The notes below the pieces were generated by a model, which did not search any database, was not told the origin of the DNA, and saw only the letters and a program-made list of their open reading frames with translations. This document shows positions 1 through 7,659 of a stretch of DNA of 32,000 bases, one piece after another. The stretch's first letter is position 1. Each line of letters starts with the position of its first letter. The position numbers and the translations under genes are program-made. The DNA comes from Longivirga aurantiaca (GTDB taxonomy: Bacteria; Actinomycetota; Actinomycetes; S36-B12; CAIYMF01): contig NZ_JBHSTI010000008.1 in NCBI RefSeq assembly GCF_042660085.1, positions 750,001 to 782,000 on the forward strand. The letters run 5' to 3'.

Positions 1-1
1 G

Positions 2-1282
2 GTCGACACGCATGTGCACCTGCTCTCGCCGCGGGTGATGGAGGCGGCGCTCGCGAGCGGCGTCACGACCGTGATCGGCCAGGAGTTCGGCCCGTTCTGG
101 GGCGTCGGCGTCAACGCTGCCGCGCCCCTGCGCACGGCGTACGCCGCCTTCGACGCGTACCCCATCAACGTCGGTCTGCTCGGCCGAGGCTCGGCCAGCC
201 GCACCGGCACCATGCTCGAGGGCATCGAGGCCGGTGTCTGCGGCTTCAAGGTGCACGAGGACACCGGCGCGCACCTGCGCTCGCTCGACACCTGCCTCAC
301 GGTGGCCGAGGAGCACGACGTGCAGGTGGCCGTGCACACCGACGGCCTCAACGAGGGCCTGTCCGTCGACGACACGCTCGCGGTGTCGGACGGCCGGGTC
401 TTCCACGCGTACCACGTGGAGGGCTGCGGCGGCGGGCACACGCCCGACGTGCTGCGCCTCGCCGGCGTCCCGCACGTGCTCGCGTCGTCGACCAACCCCA
501 CGCTGCCGTACGGCCGCGACGCGGTCGCCGAGCACTTCGCGATGATCATGACGGTGCACGCGCTCAAGCCCGACCTCCCGGGCGACGCCGACATCGTCCG
601 CGCCCGCGTGCGCGCCGCAACGATGGCGGCGGAGAACGTGCTGCACGACCGCGGCGTCATCCCGATCACGAGCAGCGACGCCCAGGGCATGGGGCGGGCG
701 GGCGAGACCGTGCGGCGCACCTTCCAGCTCGCGTCGGTGCTGAAGCCTGCGGACGACGACAGCCCGCACGACAACGACCGCGTGCTGCGCTACCTCGCGA
801 AGCTCACGATCAACCCCGCTCTGGCGCACGGGCTCTCGCACGAGGTCGGCTCGCTGCAGCCGGGTCGGATGGCCGACATCGTGCTGTGGTCGCCCGCGAC
901 GTTCGGCGCCAAGCCCTACCTGGTGCTGAAGTCGGGGCTGCCGGCCTGGGGCACGGTCGGCGACCCGAACTCGGTCATCGACATCGCCGAGCCTCGCCAG
1001 ATCGCCGCGCAGTTCGGCGGCATCGGCGGTGCCGCGGTCGACCTCGCCGTCGTCTTCACCAACCGCGCCGCGGTCGACTCCGGCAGCGACGTGTTCCCCA
1101 CCCGCCGTCGCCGCGTGGCCGTGCGGGGCTGCCGCGATGTCGGGCTCGGCTCGATGGTCGGGCACCGTGCGTCGGCGTCCGTCGTGGTGGACCCGCGCGG
1201 GGGAGAGGTGCACCTCGACGGCGAACGCCTCGCCATGGACCCCGTGCAGCAGGTGCCGCTCTCGCGGCTGTACTTCCTGTAG
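2..1282 (+). CDS. ureC: Urease subunit alpha (5' truncated by window edge), divergent variant
   Basis: Open frame from base 2 (VDTHVHLLSP...); urease alpha motifs GFKVHEDTGAH, YHVEGCGGGHTPD, ASSTNPTLPY, TSSDAQGMGRAGE, KLTINPALAHGLSHEVGSLQPGRMADIVLW, and the C-terminal MVGHRASASVVVDP...PLSRLYFL. Confidence 0.9.
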   Translation, partial: VDTHVHLLSPRVMEAALASGVTTVIGQEFGPFWGVGVNAAAPLRTAYAAFDAYPINVGLLGRGSASRTGTMLEGIEAGVCGFKVHEDTGAHLRSLDTCLTVAEEHDVQVAVHTDGLNEGLSVDDTLAVSDGRVFHAYHVEGCGGGHTPDVLRLAGVPHVLASSTNPTLPYGRDAVAEHFAMIMTVHALKPDLPGDADIVRARVRAATMAAENVLHDRGVIPITSSDAQGMGRAGETVRRTFQLASVLKPADDDSPHDNDRVLRYLAKLTINPALAHGLSHEVGSLQPGRMADIVLWSPATFGAKPYLVLKSGLPAWGTVGDPNSVIDIAEPRQIAAQFGGIGGAAVDLAVVFTNRAAVDSGSDVFPTRRRRVAVRGCRDVGLGSMVGHRASASVVVDPRGGEVHLDGERLAMDPVQQVPLSRLYFL

Positions 1283-1912
1283 TCAGGCGGTGTGCGGCCC
1301 GATGCCGAGCGCACCGATCACAGTGCGCGTGAGCGTCTCGACGAACGCGTCGTCGACATCCTCCCCGCGCACGAGCATGCGGTGCAGCAGGGTGCCGGCG
1401 AGGACGTCGAAGAGCAGGTCGGCCTGGGTGTCGGCTGCCGCAGCGTCGATATCCCCGCGCTCGACGCCCATCGCGAGCCGCTCGGCGATCATCGTGCGGG
1501 CGGGCCCGAGCACCTGGACGTCGACCGCACGCCGCAGGTCGGCGTCGCGGCCGGTCTCGGCGAGCACCGCGAGGTAGGCGGCGCGGGCTGCCGGGAGCCG
1601 GTAGACGTCGGCGGTCGCGAGGATCGAGCGGCGCACCTGCTCCTCCGGCGCGCAGTCCGGGTCGATCGGCACCATCGCGGCCTCGACGAGCTGCGCCACC
1701 GCCGCCACCGCGAGGTCGGTGCGCGAGGAGAAGCGGCGGTAGACGGTCGTCTTGGCCACGCCTGCGCGGGCGGCGACGCCCTCGATCGTCAGCGCCGCCC
1801 AGCCGTGCTCGGCCAGGAGCTCGCGGGTGGCGTCGAGGATCGCGGCATCGGCCTCGGACGACCGCGGCCGACCGCGCGGCGGCGCGGTGGCGGGGGAGGG
1901 CGATGCGTTCAT
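1283..1912 (-). CDS. TetR/AcrR family transcriptional regulator
   Basis: N-terminal HTH: ILDATRELLAEHGWAALTIEGVAARAGVAKTTVYRRFSSRTDL; convergent with ureC, stop codons immediately adjacent. Confidence 0.93.
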   Translation of the reverse strand: MNASPSPATAPPRGRPRSSEADAAILDATRELLAEHGWAALTIEGVAARAGVAKTTVYRRFSSRTDLAVAAVAQLVEAAMVPIDPDCAPEEQVRRSILATADVYRLPAARAAYLAVLAETGRDADLRRAVDVQVLGPARTMIAERLAMGVERGDIDAAAADTQADLLFDVLAGTLLHRMLVRGEDVDDAFVETLTRTVIGALGIGPHTA

Positions 1913-1974
1913 CGGGCCGAGCCTCCCACGGACGTGCGGTCGCCGTTCAGGTGGACACAGCGATGGTTTATAGA

Positions 1975-1990
1975 TACGCTACGAAGCGTA
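1975..1990. promoter_or_regulatory. Candidate TetR operator: TACGCT-ACGA-AGCGTA
   Basis: 6-bp perfect inverted repeat with 4-bp spacer between the divergent tetR gene and small ORF; overlaps/abuts TATAGA -10-like element (1969-1974). Confidence 0.6.
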
Positions 1991-2021
1991 GTGATAGTCC
2001 ATCGATCCTGAGGAGGCCGTC

Positions 2022-2195
2022 ATGGCCACCACCGAGCTCCGCGCTGTGTCCACCACGACCAGCACCGCCGTGGTCGCCCCGACCCGCCCGTGGGTCGCTC
2101 CGGCCGTCGCCGCATCCGTCGGTGCCCTCGCCGCTGTCGCCACCGCCTGGTGGGTCGCCGGCCTCGAGCTGACGATGCGCACCGTCGGCTTCTGA
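2022..2195 (+). CDS. 57-aa putative single-pass membrane protein (hypothetical)
   Basis: My translation: MATTELRAVSTTTSTAVVAPTRPWVAPAVAASVGALAAVATAWWVAGLELTMRTVGF; AGGAGG Shine-Dalgarno at 2011-2016, 5 nt before ATG; hydrophobic segment VAASVGALAAVATAWWVAGL. Confidence 0.7.
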   Translation: MATTELRAVSTTTSTAVVAPTRPWVAPAVAASVGALAAVATAWWVAGLELTMRTVGF

Positions 2196-2247
2196 CCGGC
2201 GCACCCCGGCGCCGTGCGCGGGCTGCACCGCATAGGACAATGACGCC

Positions 2248-3207
2248 GTGAGCACGCCGAACCCCGCTGCCCGGGTCCCGCTCCGCGGGGCCGTCGACCT
2301 GGCCGCCGTCGCTGCGGCCCGTGAGGCCCAGGCCAAGGCCGAGGAGCGCCTCGCCCAGCAGGGCGGCGCCCCGACGTCGTCCGCGCTCGTCCTCGACGTG
2401 GACGAGGCCGGCTTCCAGGAGGTCGTCGACCTCTCCTTCCGGGTGCCCGTCGTCATCGACTTCTGGGCGACCTGGTGCGAGCCGTGCAAGGCCCTCTCGC
2501 CGATCCTCGAGCGCCTCGCGCTGCAGGACGCCGGTCGCTGGGTGCTCGTGAAGGTCGACGTCGACGCCAACCCGCGCATCGGCCAGGCCTTCCAGGTGCA
2601 GTCGATCCCCGCGATCTTCGCGATCGTGAAGGGCCAGCCCGTCCCGCTCTTCCAGGGCGCGCTGCCCGAGCCCGAGGTGCGCCAGTACCTCGACGAGCTC
2701 ATGCGCGTCGCCGAGGCCAACGGCGTCACCGGCCGCATCGATCCCGAGGGTGCCGTCGAGGGCGACGCCGAGACTGTGCTCGACGACGAGCCCGTGGGCG
2801 ACCCTCGCTTCGACGCGGCGTACGACGCGATCGAGAACGGCGACTGGGACGCCGCGGAGGCGGCCTACCAGGCCGTGCTGTCGCAGACACCGGCCGACGT
2901 TGACGCCAAGGCGGGCCTCGCCCAGGTGGCGCTGCTGCGTCGAACCGAGGGCGCCGATCCCGAGACGGCACTCGCCGCCGCCGAGGCCGCGCCCGACTCG
3001 CTCGAGGCCCAGGCGCTCGCGGCCGACCTCGAGCTGCTCACGGGGCGCGTCGACGAGTCGTTCGACCGGATCATCGCGCTTGTCCGGCGTACGTCGGGTG
3101 ACGAGCGCGCGGCCGCCCGCGACCACCTGCTCGGGCTGTTCCTGCTCGTCGGCGACGACCCTCGCGTGACCCGCGCCCGCGCCGCCCTCGCGAGCGCCCT
3201 CTTCTAG
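2248..3207 (+). CDS. Thioredoxin domain/tetratricopeptide-repeat protein (YbbN/CnoX-like)
   Basis: Thioredoxin fold with VVIDFWATWCEPCKALSPILERL and IPAIFAIVKGQPV, followed by TPR-like alpha-helical C-terminus (AAYDAIENGDWDAAEAAYQAVL...). Confidence 0.88.
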   Translation: MSTPNPAARVPLRGAVDLAAVAAAREAQAKAEERLAQQGGAPTSSALVLDVDEAGFQEVVDLSFRVPVVIDFWATWCEPCKALSPILERLALQDAGRWVLVKVDVDANPRIGQAFQVQSIPAIFAIVKGQPVPLFQGALPEPEVRQYLDELMRVAEANGVTGRIDPEGAVEGDAETVLDDEPVGDPRFDAAYDAIENGDWDAAEAAYQAVLSQTPADVDAKAGLAQVALLRRTEGADPETALAAAEAAPDSLEAQALAADLELLTGRVDESFDRIIALVRRTSGDERAAARDHLLGLFLLVGDDPRVTRARAALASALF

Positions 3208-3387
3208 CGGCACTGCCGGACGCCGCGCGCACGGCGCCGGCCCCGAGACCGGGCATGCCGTGGAGCCAGGACGGTCCGAGCAGACGTGCCGAGTGGGAGC
3301 GTGCCTGAGCACGGGGACGGGAAGCCGCACACGTCACAGGCTGAGCAGTCGCATGCCGGATCTCCCCGGTGAAGACTGGAGGTGGAA

Positions 3388-3409
3388 CAGTCGACTCGCG
3401 AGTCGACTG
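3388..3409. promoter_or_regulatory. 22-bp perfect palindrome CAGTCGACTCGCGAGTCGACTG (possible operator)
   Basis: Direct reading; identical to its reverse complement; 35 nt upstream of the lipoprotein start. Confidence 0.45.
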
Positions 3410-3444
3410 GGCCGGTGGGGGCCGGGCCGCCAGGTAGGACGTGG

Positions 3445-4047
3445 ATGATGAAGCGTCTCGCTCTTGGATGGTGCGTCTGCGCACTGGTGCTGGCCGGGTG
3501 CGGCACATCCGGCAGAGGCCCAGCCACCCCGACGGCAGACTCGACGCCGACAGCACCGAGGCCCGTGGCGACCAGCAGCGCTGCGCCTCACCAGGCGGGG
3601 CCCGCAGAGCCACCACTTCTCGTGGTGCCGGGCTACGGGTACGAGGACCTCACAGCTGGCCAGGCCGAAGCCCTTCGTGACCTGCGAATATGCGGGCAGA
3701 TCAACGATGGTCACCCGGGGGCCTGCGTCGCGGAATCGGGGCACAACGTCCACGGACCGAACGCAGGGTGGATCACCATCTTCGAGGTCTCGCTGCGCTC
3801 CGACCAGGTGCCTGCAGGGTTCGGCAGTTCGTGGACTGACGGATACGCACGGAAGTGCGAGTCGGAAGGTGCCACCGTGCAGATCCAGATGATGTCCACG
3901 GAGAGGGTCGTCCATGCGGCATCGCCTGCGGGCGGTCACCTGTACGCGTGGGTCCACGACGACATGATCACGATCGTGGTGGGCGAGACTGCCGACGACA
4001 CCGAGGCGTTCACCACCTCCTATCTCTTCGCAGCTCACATGGTCTGA
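3445..4047 (+). CDS. Putative lipoprotein (hypothetical)
   Basis: MMKRLALGWCVCALVLAGCGTSGRGP: signal peptide and lipobox LAGC; Thr/Pro-rich linker then a folded C-terminal region (GYEDLTAGQAEALRDLRICGQ...); start moved inward from the 3382 start in the ORF track. Confidence 0.7.
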   Translation: MMKRLALGWCVCALVLAGCGTSGRGPATPTADSTPTAPRPVATSSAAPHQAGPAEPPLLVVPGYGYEDLTAGQAEALRDLRICGQINDGHPGACVAESGHNVHGPNAGWITIFEVSLRSDQVPAGFGSSWTDGYARKCESEGATVQIQMMSTERVVHAASPAGGHLYAWVHDDMITIVVGETADDTEAFTTSYLFAAHMV

Positions 4048-4188
4048 CGCGACGGTGATCGTCGAGGCGATGCACGTGAGCATGGACGCCGACGCCGCCG
4101 ACGCCGCCGCCGACGTCTCCCTGGCCACGCCGCCCCGCAGCCCTCACCCGTTCCCGGCAAGGGGCCGGAGCCATGTCCGGGAGAGGGA

Positions 4189-5145
4189 TCAAGGCGTGCG
4201 GCGGGGGCTCGCGTCGTAGGCGCTGTCGTCGTACGACCGCTCGTCCTCGCGCGGCTCGACGTGGGTGCTGACCTCGACGCCGTCGAGCGCGGCCTTGAGG
4301 TCGGCCTCGACCACCTCGACGACATCGTGCGCCTGCTGCACCGACCAGGCCCCGGGCACGAGCACGTGCACGGCGACGAACCGGTGGCGGCCGCTCGTGC
4401 GCGTCTGCAGGCCGTGGAAGTCGACGTCGGCGCTGCGGTGCGCCTCGAGGACCGAGGTGACCACCTCGAGCTCGCCGGGGCTGAGCGCGGCGTCGAGCAG
4501 GGCGGACGTCGAGTGCGAGACGAGCTTGGCGCCCGTCACGAGGATGTTCAGGGCGACGGCGATCGCGACGATCGCATCGAGCTGGAGCCAGCCCGTGATC
4601 GCCACGAGCAGCACGCCGACGACGACGCCGGCCGAGGTCCAGACGTCGGTCATGAGGTGCTTGCCGTCGGCGGTGAGCGTGGCCGAGCGGTGCTGGCGGC
4701 CCACGCGGATCAGCAGCAGCCCGACGAATCCGTTGATACCTGTGGCGACCAGCGAGATCGCGAGACCGATGCCGAGGCTCTCGAGCTCGACCGGGTTGAG
4801 CAGCCGCTGCACGGCGGTCACGAGGATCACGGCGGCGGCCACGAAGATCATGAGGCCCTCGATGGCGGCGCTGAAGTACTCCGCCTTGCCGTGCCCGTAG
4901 TGGTGCTCGGCGTCCGGCGGGCGGGCCGCCACCGTGAGCGCGACGAGCGCGATCACGGCGGCGACCAGGTTCACCACGGACTCAGCGGCATCCGACAGCA
5001 GGCCGACCGACCCGGTGATCCACCAGGCGCCGGTCTTGAGCGCGATCGTCGCGAGAGCTGCCGCGATCGACAGCCACGCGTACTTCGTGAGGTTCACGGC
5101 TCCCGAGGGAGCGGTGCCGTGAGGGGCCTCCTGCGGCTCGGACAT
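4189..5145 (-). CDS. Cation diffusion facilitator (CDF) family transporter
   Basis: Multiple TM helices, LLSDAAESVVNLVAAVIAL, HHYGHGKAEYFSAAIEG motifs; C-terminal cytoplasmic domain VDFHGLQTRTSGRHRFVAVHVLVPG; ATG at 5145 preferred over 5163. Confidence 0.93.
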   Translation of the reverse strand: MSEPQEAPHGTAPSGAVNLTKYAWLSIAAALATIALKTGAWWITGSVGLLSDAAESVVNLVAAVIALVALTVAARPPDAEHHYGHGKAEYFSAAIEGLMIFVAAAVILVTAVQRLLNPVELESLGIGLAISLVATGINGFVGLLLIRVGRQHRSATLTADGKHLMTDVWTSAGVVVGVLLVAITGWLQLDAIVAIAVALNILVTGAKLVSHSTSALLDAALSPGELEVVTSVLEAHRSADVDFHGLQTRTSGRHRFVAVHVLVPGAWSVQQAHDVVEVVEADLKAALDGVEVSTHVEPREDERSYDDSAYDASPRRTP

Positions 5146-5202
5146 GCCCTCAGCCTGCCCCACCCGCGGGCGGGTTGGCGCCTCAGGCGACCCTCACCCC
5201 GT

Positions 5203-6300
5203 TCAGCGCCCGGACGGCACCTGCTGCGTGATGCAGTGGACGTTTCCGCCGCCGAGCAGGATCTCCCGGCCCGGCACCGTGAGGATGCGTCGGTCGGGGA
5301 AGAGCTCCTCGTACGCCGCGACAGCAGCGGCGTCGTTCGGATCGTCGAAGACGGGAAGGACGACGATGCCGTTGCCGACGTAGGAGTTCACGTACGACCC
5401 GGCGAGCCGCTCGCCGGCCTCGCGCGGCTGGCTCCCCGGCACCACGTCGATCCCGGCGGCCTCCTCCTCCGTCATGTGCAGCGGCCCGGGCTGCGCGAGC
5501 TTCACCACCCGCAGGGGCCGGCCCTGGGCGTCCGTGGCCGCCTCGAGGACGGCGAGCGCCTCGGCGCTGCGCGCGTGCTGCGGGTCGCTCTCGTCGTCGG
5601 TCCAGGTCAGCATCACGACCCCGGGAGCGGCGAACCGCGCCATGTTGTCGACGTGGCCGTCGGTCTCGTCGAGGTGGACGCCGCGGGGGAGCCAGATCAC
5701 CTTCGTCGTGCCGAGGTGGGCGTGCAGCAGCGACTCGATCTGCTCGCGGGTGAGGTCGGGGTTGCGGTTGGGGTTGAGCAGGCACTCCTCGGTGGTGAGC
5801 ACCGTGCCCTCGCCGTCGACGTCGATCGAGCCGCCCTCGAGGACCAGGTCGGGCTGGTAGACGGGCACCCGCTCGAGGTCGCAGACCTTGGGGCCGACGA
5901 GGTCGTCGGCGTCCCACGGGAAGTAGAGGCCGCCGCGCAGGCCGCCCCAGGCGTTGAACCGCCACGACACCCCGCGCACCGCGCCGTCGCCGTCGCGGAC
6001 GAAGGTCGGGCCGGTATCGCGCACCCACGCGTCGTTCGTGGTGGTCTCGACCAGCCGGACGTGCGGCGGGAGCTGGCCGCGGGCGTTCTGGTACTGCCGG
6101 TGCGAGACGAGCACGGTGACCGGCTCGGCCGTCGCGATCGTCTCGATGAGCTGCCGCCACACGCGCTGGGCCGGCTTCGCGCCGTCGCGCCAGTTGTCCG
6201 TGCGCTCGGGCCAGACCAGGAAGCAGCCGGCGTGGTCGTCCCACTCGCCCGGCATCCGGAAGCCGTCGGCGGCGGGCAGGCTGCTCAGGGTCTGCGACAT
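5203..6300 (-). CDS. Agmatine deiminase / peptidyl-arginine deiminase family protein
   Basis: MSQTLSSLPAADGFRMPGEWDDHAGCFLVWPERTDNWR; NDAWVRDTGPTF; WRFNAWGG; LEGGSIDVDGEGTVLTTEECLLNPNRNP; LDETDGHVDNMARF; GGGNVHCITQQ. The longer 5203..7467 ORF is an upstream extension. Confidence 0.93.
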   Translation of the reverse strand: MSQTLSSLPAADGFRMPGEWDDHAGCFLVWPERTDNWRDGAKPAQRVWRQLIETIATAEPVTVLVSHRQYQNARGQLPPHVRLVETTTNDAWVRDTGPTFVRDGDGAVRGVSWRFNAWGGLRGGLYFPWDADDLVGPKVCDLERVPVYQPDLVLEGGSIDVDGEGTVLTTEECLLNPNRNPDLTREQIESLLHAHLGTTKVIWLPRGVHLDETDGHVDNMARFAAPGVVMLTWTDDESDPQHARSAEALAVLEAATDAQGRPLRVVKLAQPGPLHMTEEEAAGIDVVPGSQPREAGERLAGSYVNSYVGNGIVVLPVFDDPNDAAAVAAYEELFPDRRILTVPGREILLGGGNVHCITQQVPSGR

Positions 6301-6383
6301 GGCCGTCAGGGTGCCATGCGCGTCGGCGCCGCCGACCTCGGGGGAGCCGGTGAACGTCGACAGAAGGTGAGGTGAACGCTCAC

Positions 6384-6400
6384 CCGGATGGTCCATCCGG
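6384..6400. promoter_or_regulatory. Odd palindrome CCGGATGG-T-CCATCCGG in a divergent promoter region
   Basis: 8-bp perfect arms around one central base, 39 nt upstream of the ATP-grasp 1 start and ~84 nt upstream of the divergent deiminase start. Confidence 0.4.
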
Positions 6401-6438
6401 CCGATGAAACCCCTGTGACGCACACGTACAGTGACCGT

Positions 6439-7659
6439 ATGAGGAAACGCCCGTTGGTCGTCTTCCTCGACTCGTACTCGTGGCAGGCCTTCACCGACCT
6501 CGCCGGAGGGCTGCGGCAGCGAGGGATCCGGGTCGCCCGGGTCGGGTCGCGCACGCGGTCGCCGCGCGTCCTGCTCATGCAGACGATCGAGTCGTGGGTC
6601 TACGGCCGCACCCGTGGTCGCGTCGAGGGCGGTGTGCTGCTCGGACGCCCGGCCGAGCTCTCGCTCGCCGACCTCCGCGCCGCCGTGCCCCAGGACGCCG
6701 CGGACGTGCAGATGCAGGAGGACCTCATCGGGTTCGGCATGGCCGACGCCGGCGGCCCCGCCGACATCAGTCGCAGGGTCCGGGCGGACGTCGACCCGCG
6801 CGTGCTCGTGGACAAGTGGGTCCAGGGCGAGTGGGCCGAGCGCGCCGGCGTGCCGACGCCCCGCACGTGGGAGGGGCCCGTCTCCGAGGAGTACCCGGTC
6901 GTCGTGAAGACGCGGGTGGGCTTCGGCGGCAACGGCGTGCGCGTGGTCCGCGACGGCGACGCCCTGGCCGACGCCTGGGCGGAGCTCACCGGGCCAGACG
7001 GCCAGCCGCCCTTCCTGCAGGAGTGCCTCACCCCGTCGCTGCACACCGGCGGCGTCGCCCTCGACGGCGAGACGCTCATCAACGTGGCCTACGACGGCCG
7101 CCCCGCGCCCGACGACCCCACGGGTCCGCCGTACACGGTGTTCGCGGTCCGCGACGCCCAGGTCGTGCAGGCGACCGAGCGGTTCCTCGCCGAGATCGGC
7201 TACACCGGCTTCTTCTGCTTCGACTGGGTCGCCGACGACGACGGCACGCTGAAGCTCATCGACTTCAACTCCCGCGTGTTCGGCTCCTGGCCGGCCCTTC
7301 AGGAGCTCGGCTTCGACTTCCTGTCGGCCTACGCCCACGTGCTGGGTGCCGGGCCTCGACCGGCGACCTCGGTGGGCCGGTACGACGAGCCGACGACGAC
7401 GCTGCGCTACCCGTGCCCGGACACCTCGTCGCGCGAGGCCGTCGAGCGCTGGCGCGACGAGACGCACCAGATCGTCCGCCGCCGCCGGTCCCTGCTGGGC
7501 AGCCGCTGGGCCACCGTGATCCGCATCCGCACCGCGCTGGGCACGGCCCGTGCGCTGCGCAAGCTGCGGGGCGGCTCGGGCTCGGCCCCGGCCACGCCCG
7601 ACGACGCCGCGGGCGGCCGGCCAGCGGGTGGGTCGCTGACCTCCTCGAGCGCCGCGTGA
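6439..7659 (+). CDS. ATP-grasp domain-containing protein (1st of pair)
   Basis: MRKRPLVVFLDSYSWQAFTDLAGGLRQRG; YPVVVKTRVGFGGNGVRVVRD (ATP-binding Lys and Gly-rich loop); IGYTGFFCFDWVADDDGTLKLIDFNSRVFGSWPAL (metal-binding D/N and Arg region). Confidence 0.85.
   Translation: MRKRPLVVFLDSYSWQAFTDLAGGLRQRGIRVARVGSRTRSPRVLLMQTIESWVYGRTRGRVEGGVLLGRPAELSLADLRAAVPQDAADVQMQEDLIGFGMADAGGPADISRRVRADVDPRVLVDKWVQGEWAERAGVPTPRTWEGPVSEEYPVVVKTRVGFGGNGVRVVRDGDALADAWAELTGPDGQPPFLQECLTPSLHTGGVALDGETLINVAYDGRPAPDDPTGPPYTVFAVRDAQVVQATERFLAEIGYTGFFCFDWVADDDGTLKLIDFNSRVFGSWPALQELGFDFLSAYAHVLGAGPRPATSVGRYDEPTTTLRYPCPDTSSREAVERWRDETHQIVRRRRSLLGSRWATVIRIRTALGTARALRKLRGGSGSAPATPDDAAGGRPAGGSLTSSSAA

Noticed and set aside
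4010-4192. Small ORFs and a GCC-GAC rich microrepeat (gacgccgacgccgccgacgccgccgcc) near 4080-4120
   Set aside because: Compositional low complexity in a noncoding gap; no start signal or homologous motif.
6480-7655. N-terminal extension of the second ATP-grasp ORF
   Set aside because: Overlaps ATP-grasp 1 in another frame with Arg-rich translation; recognisable protein starts only at GTG 7656.
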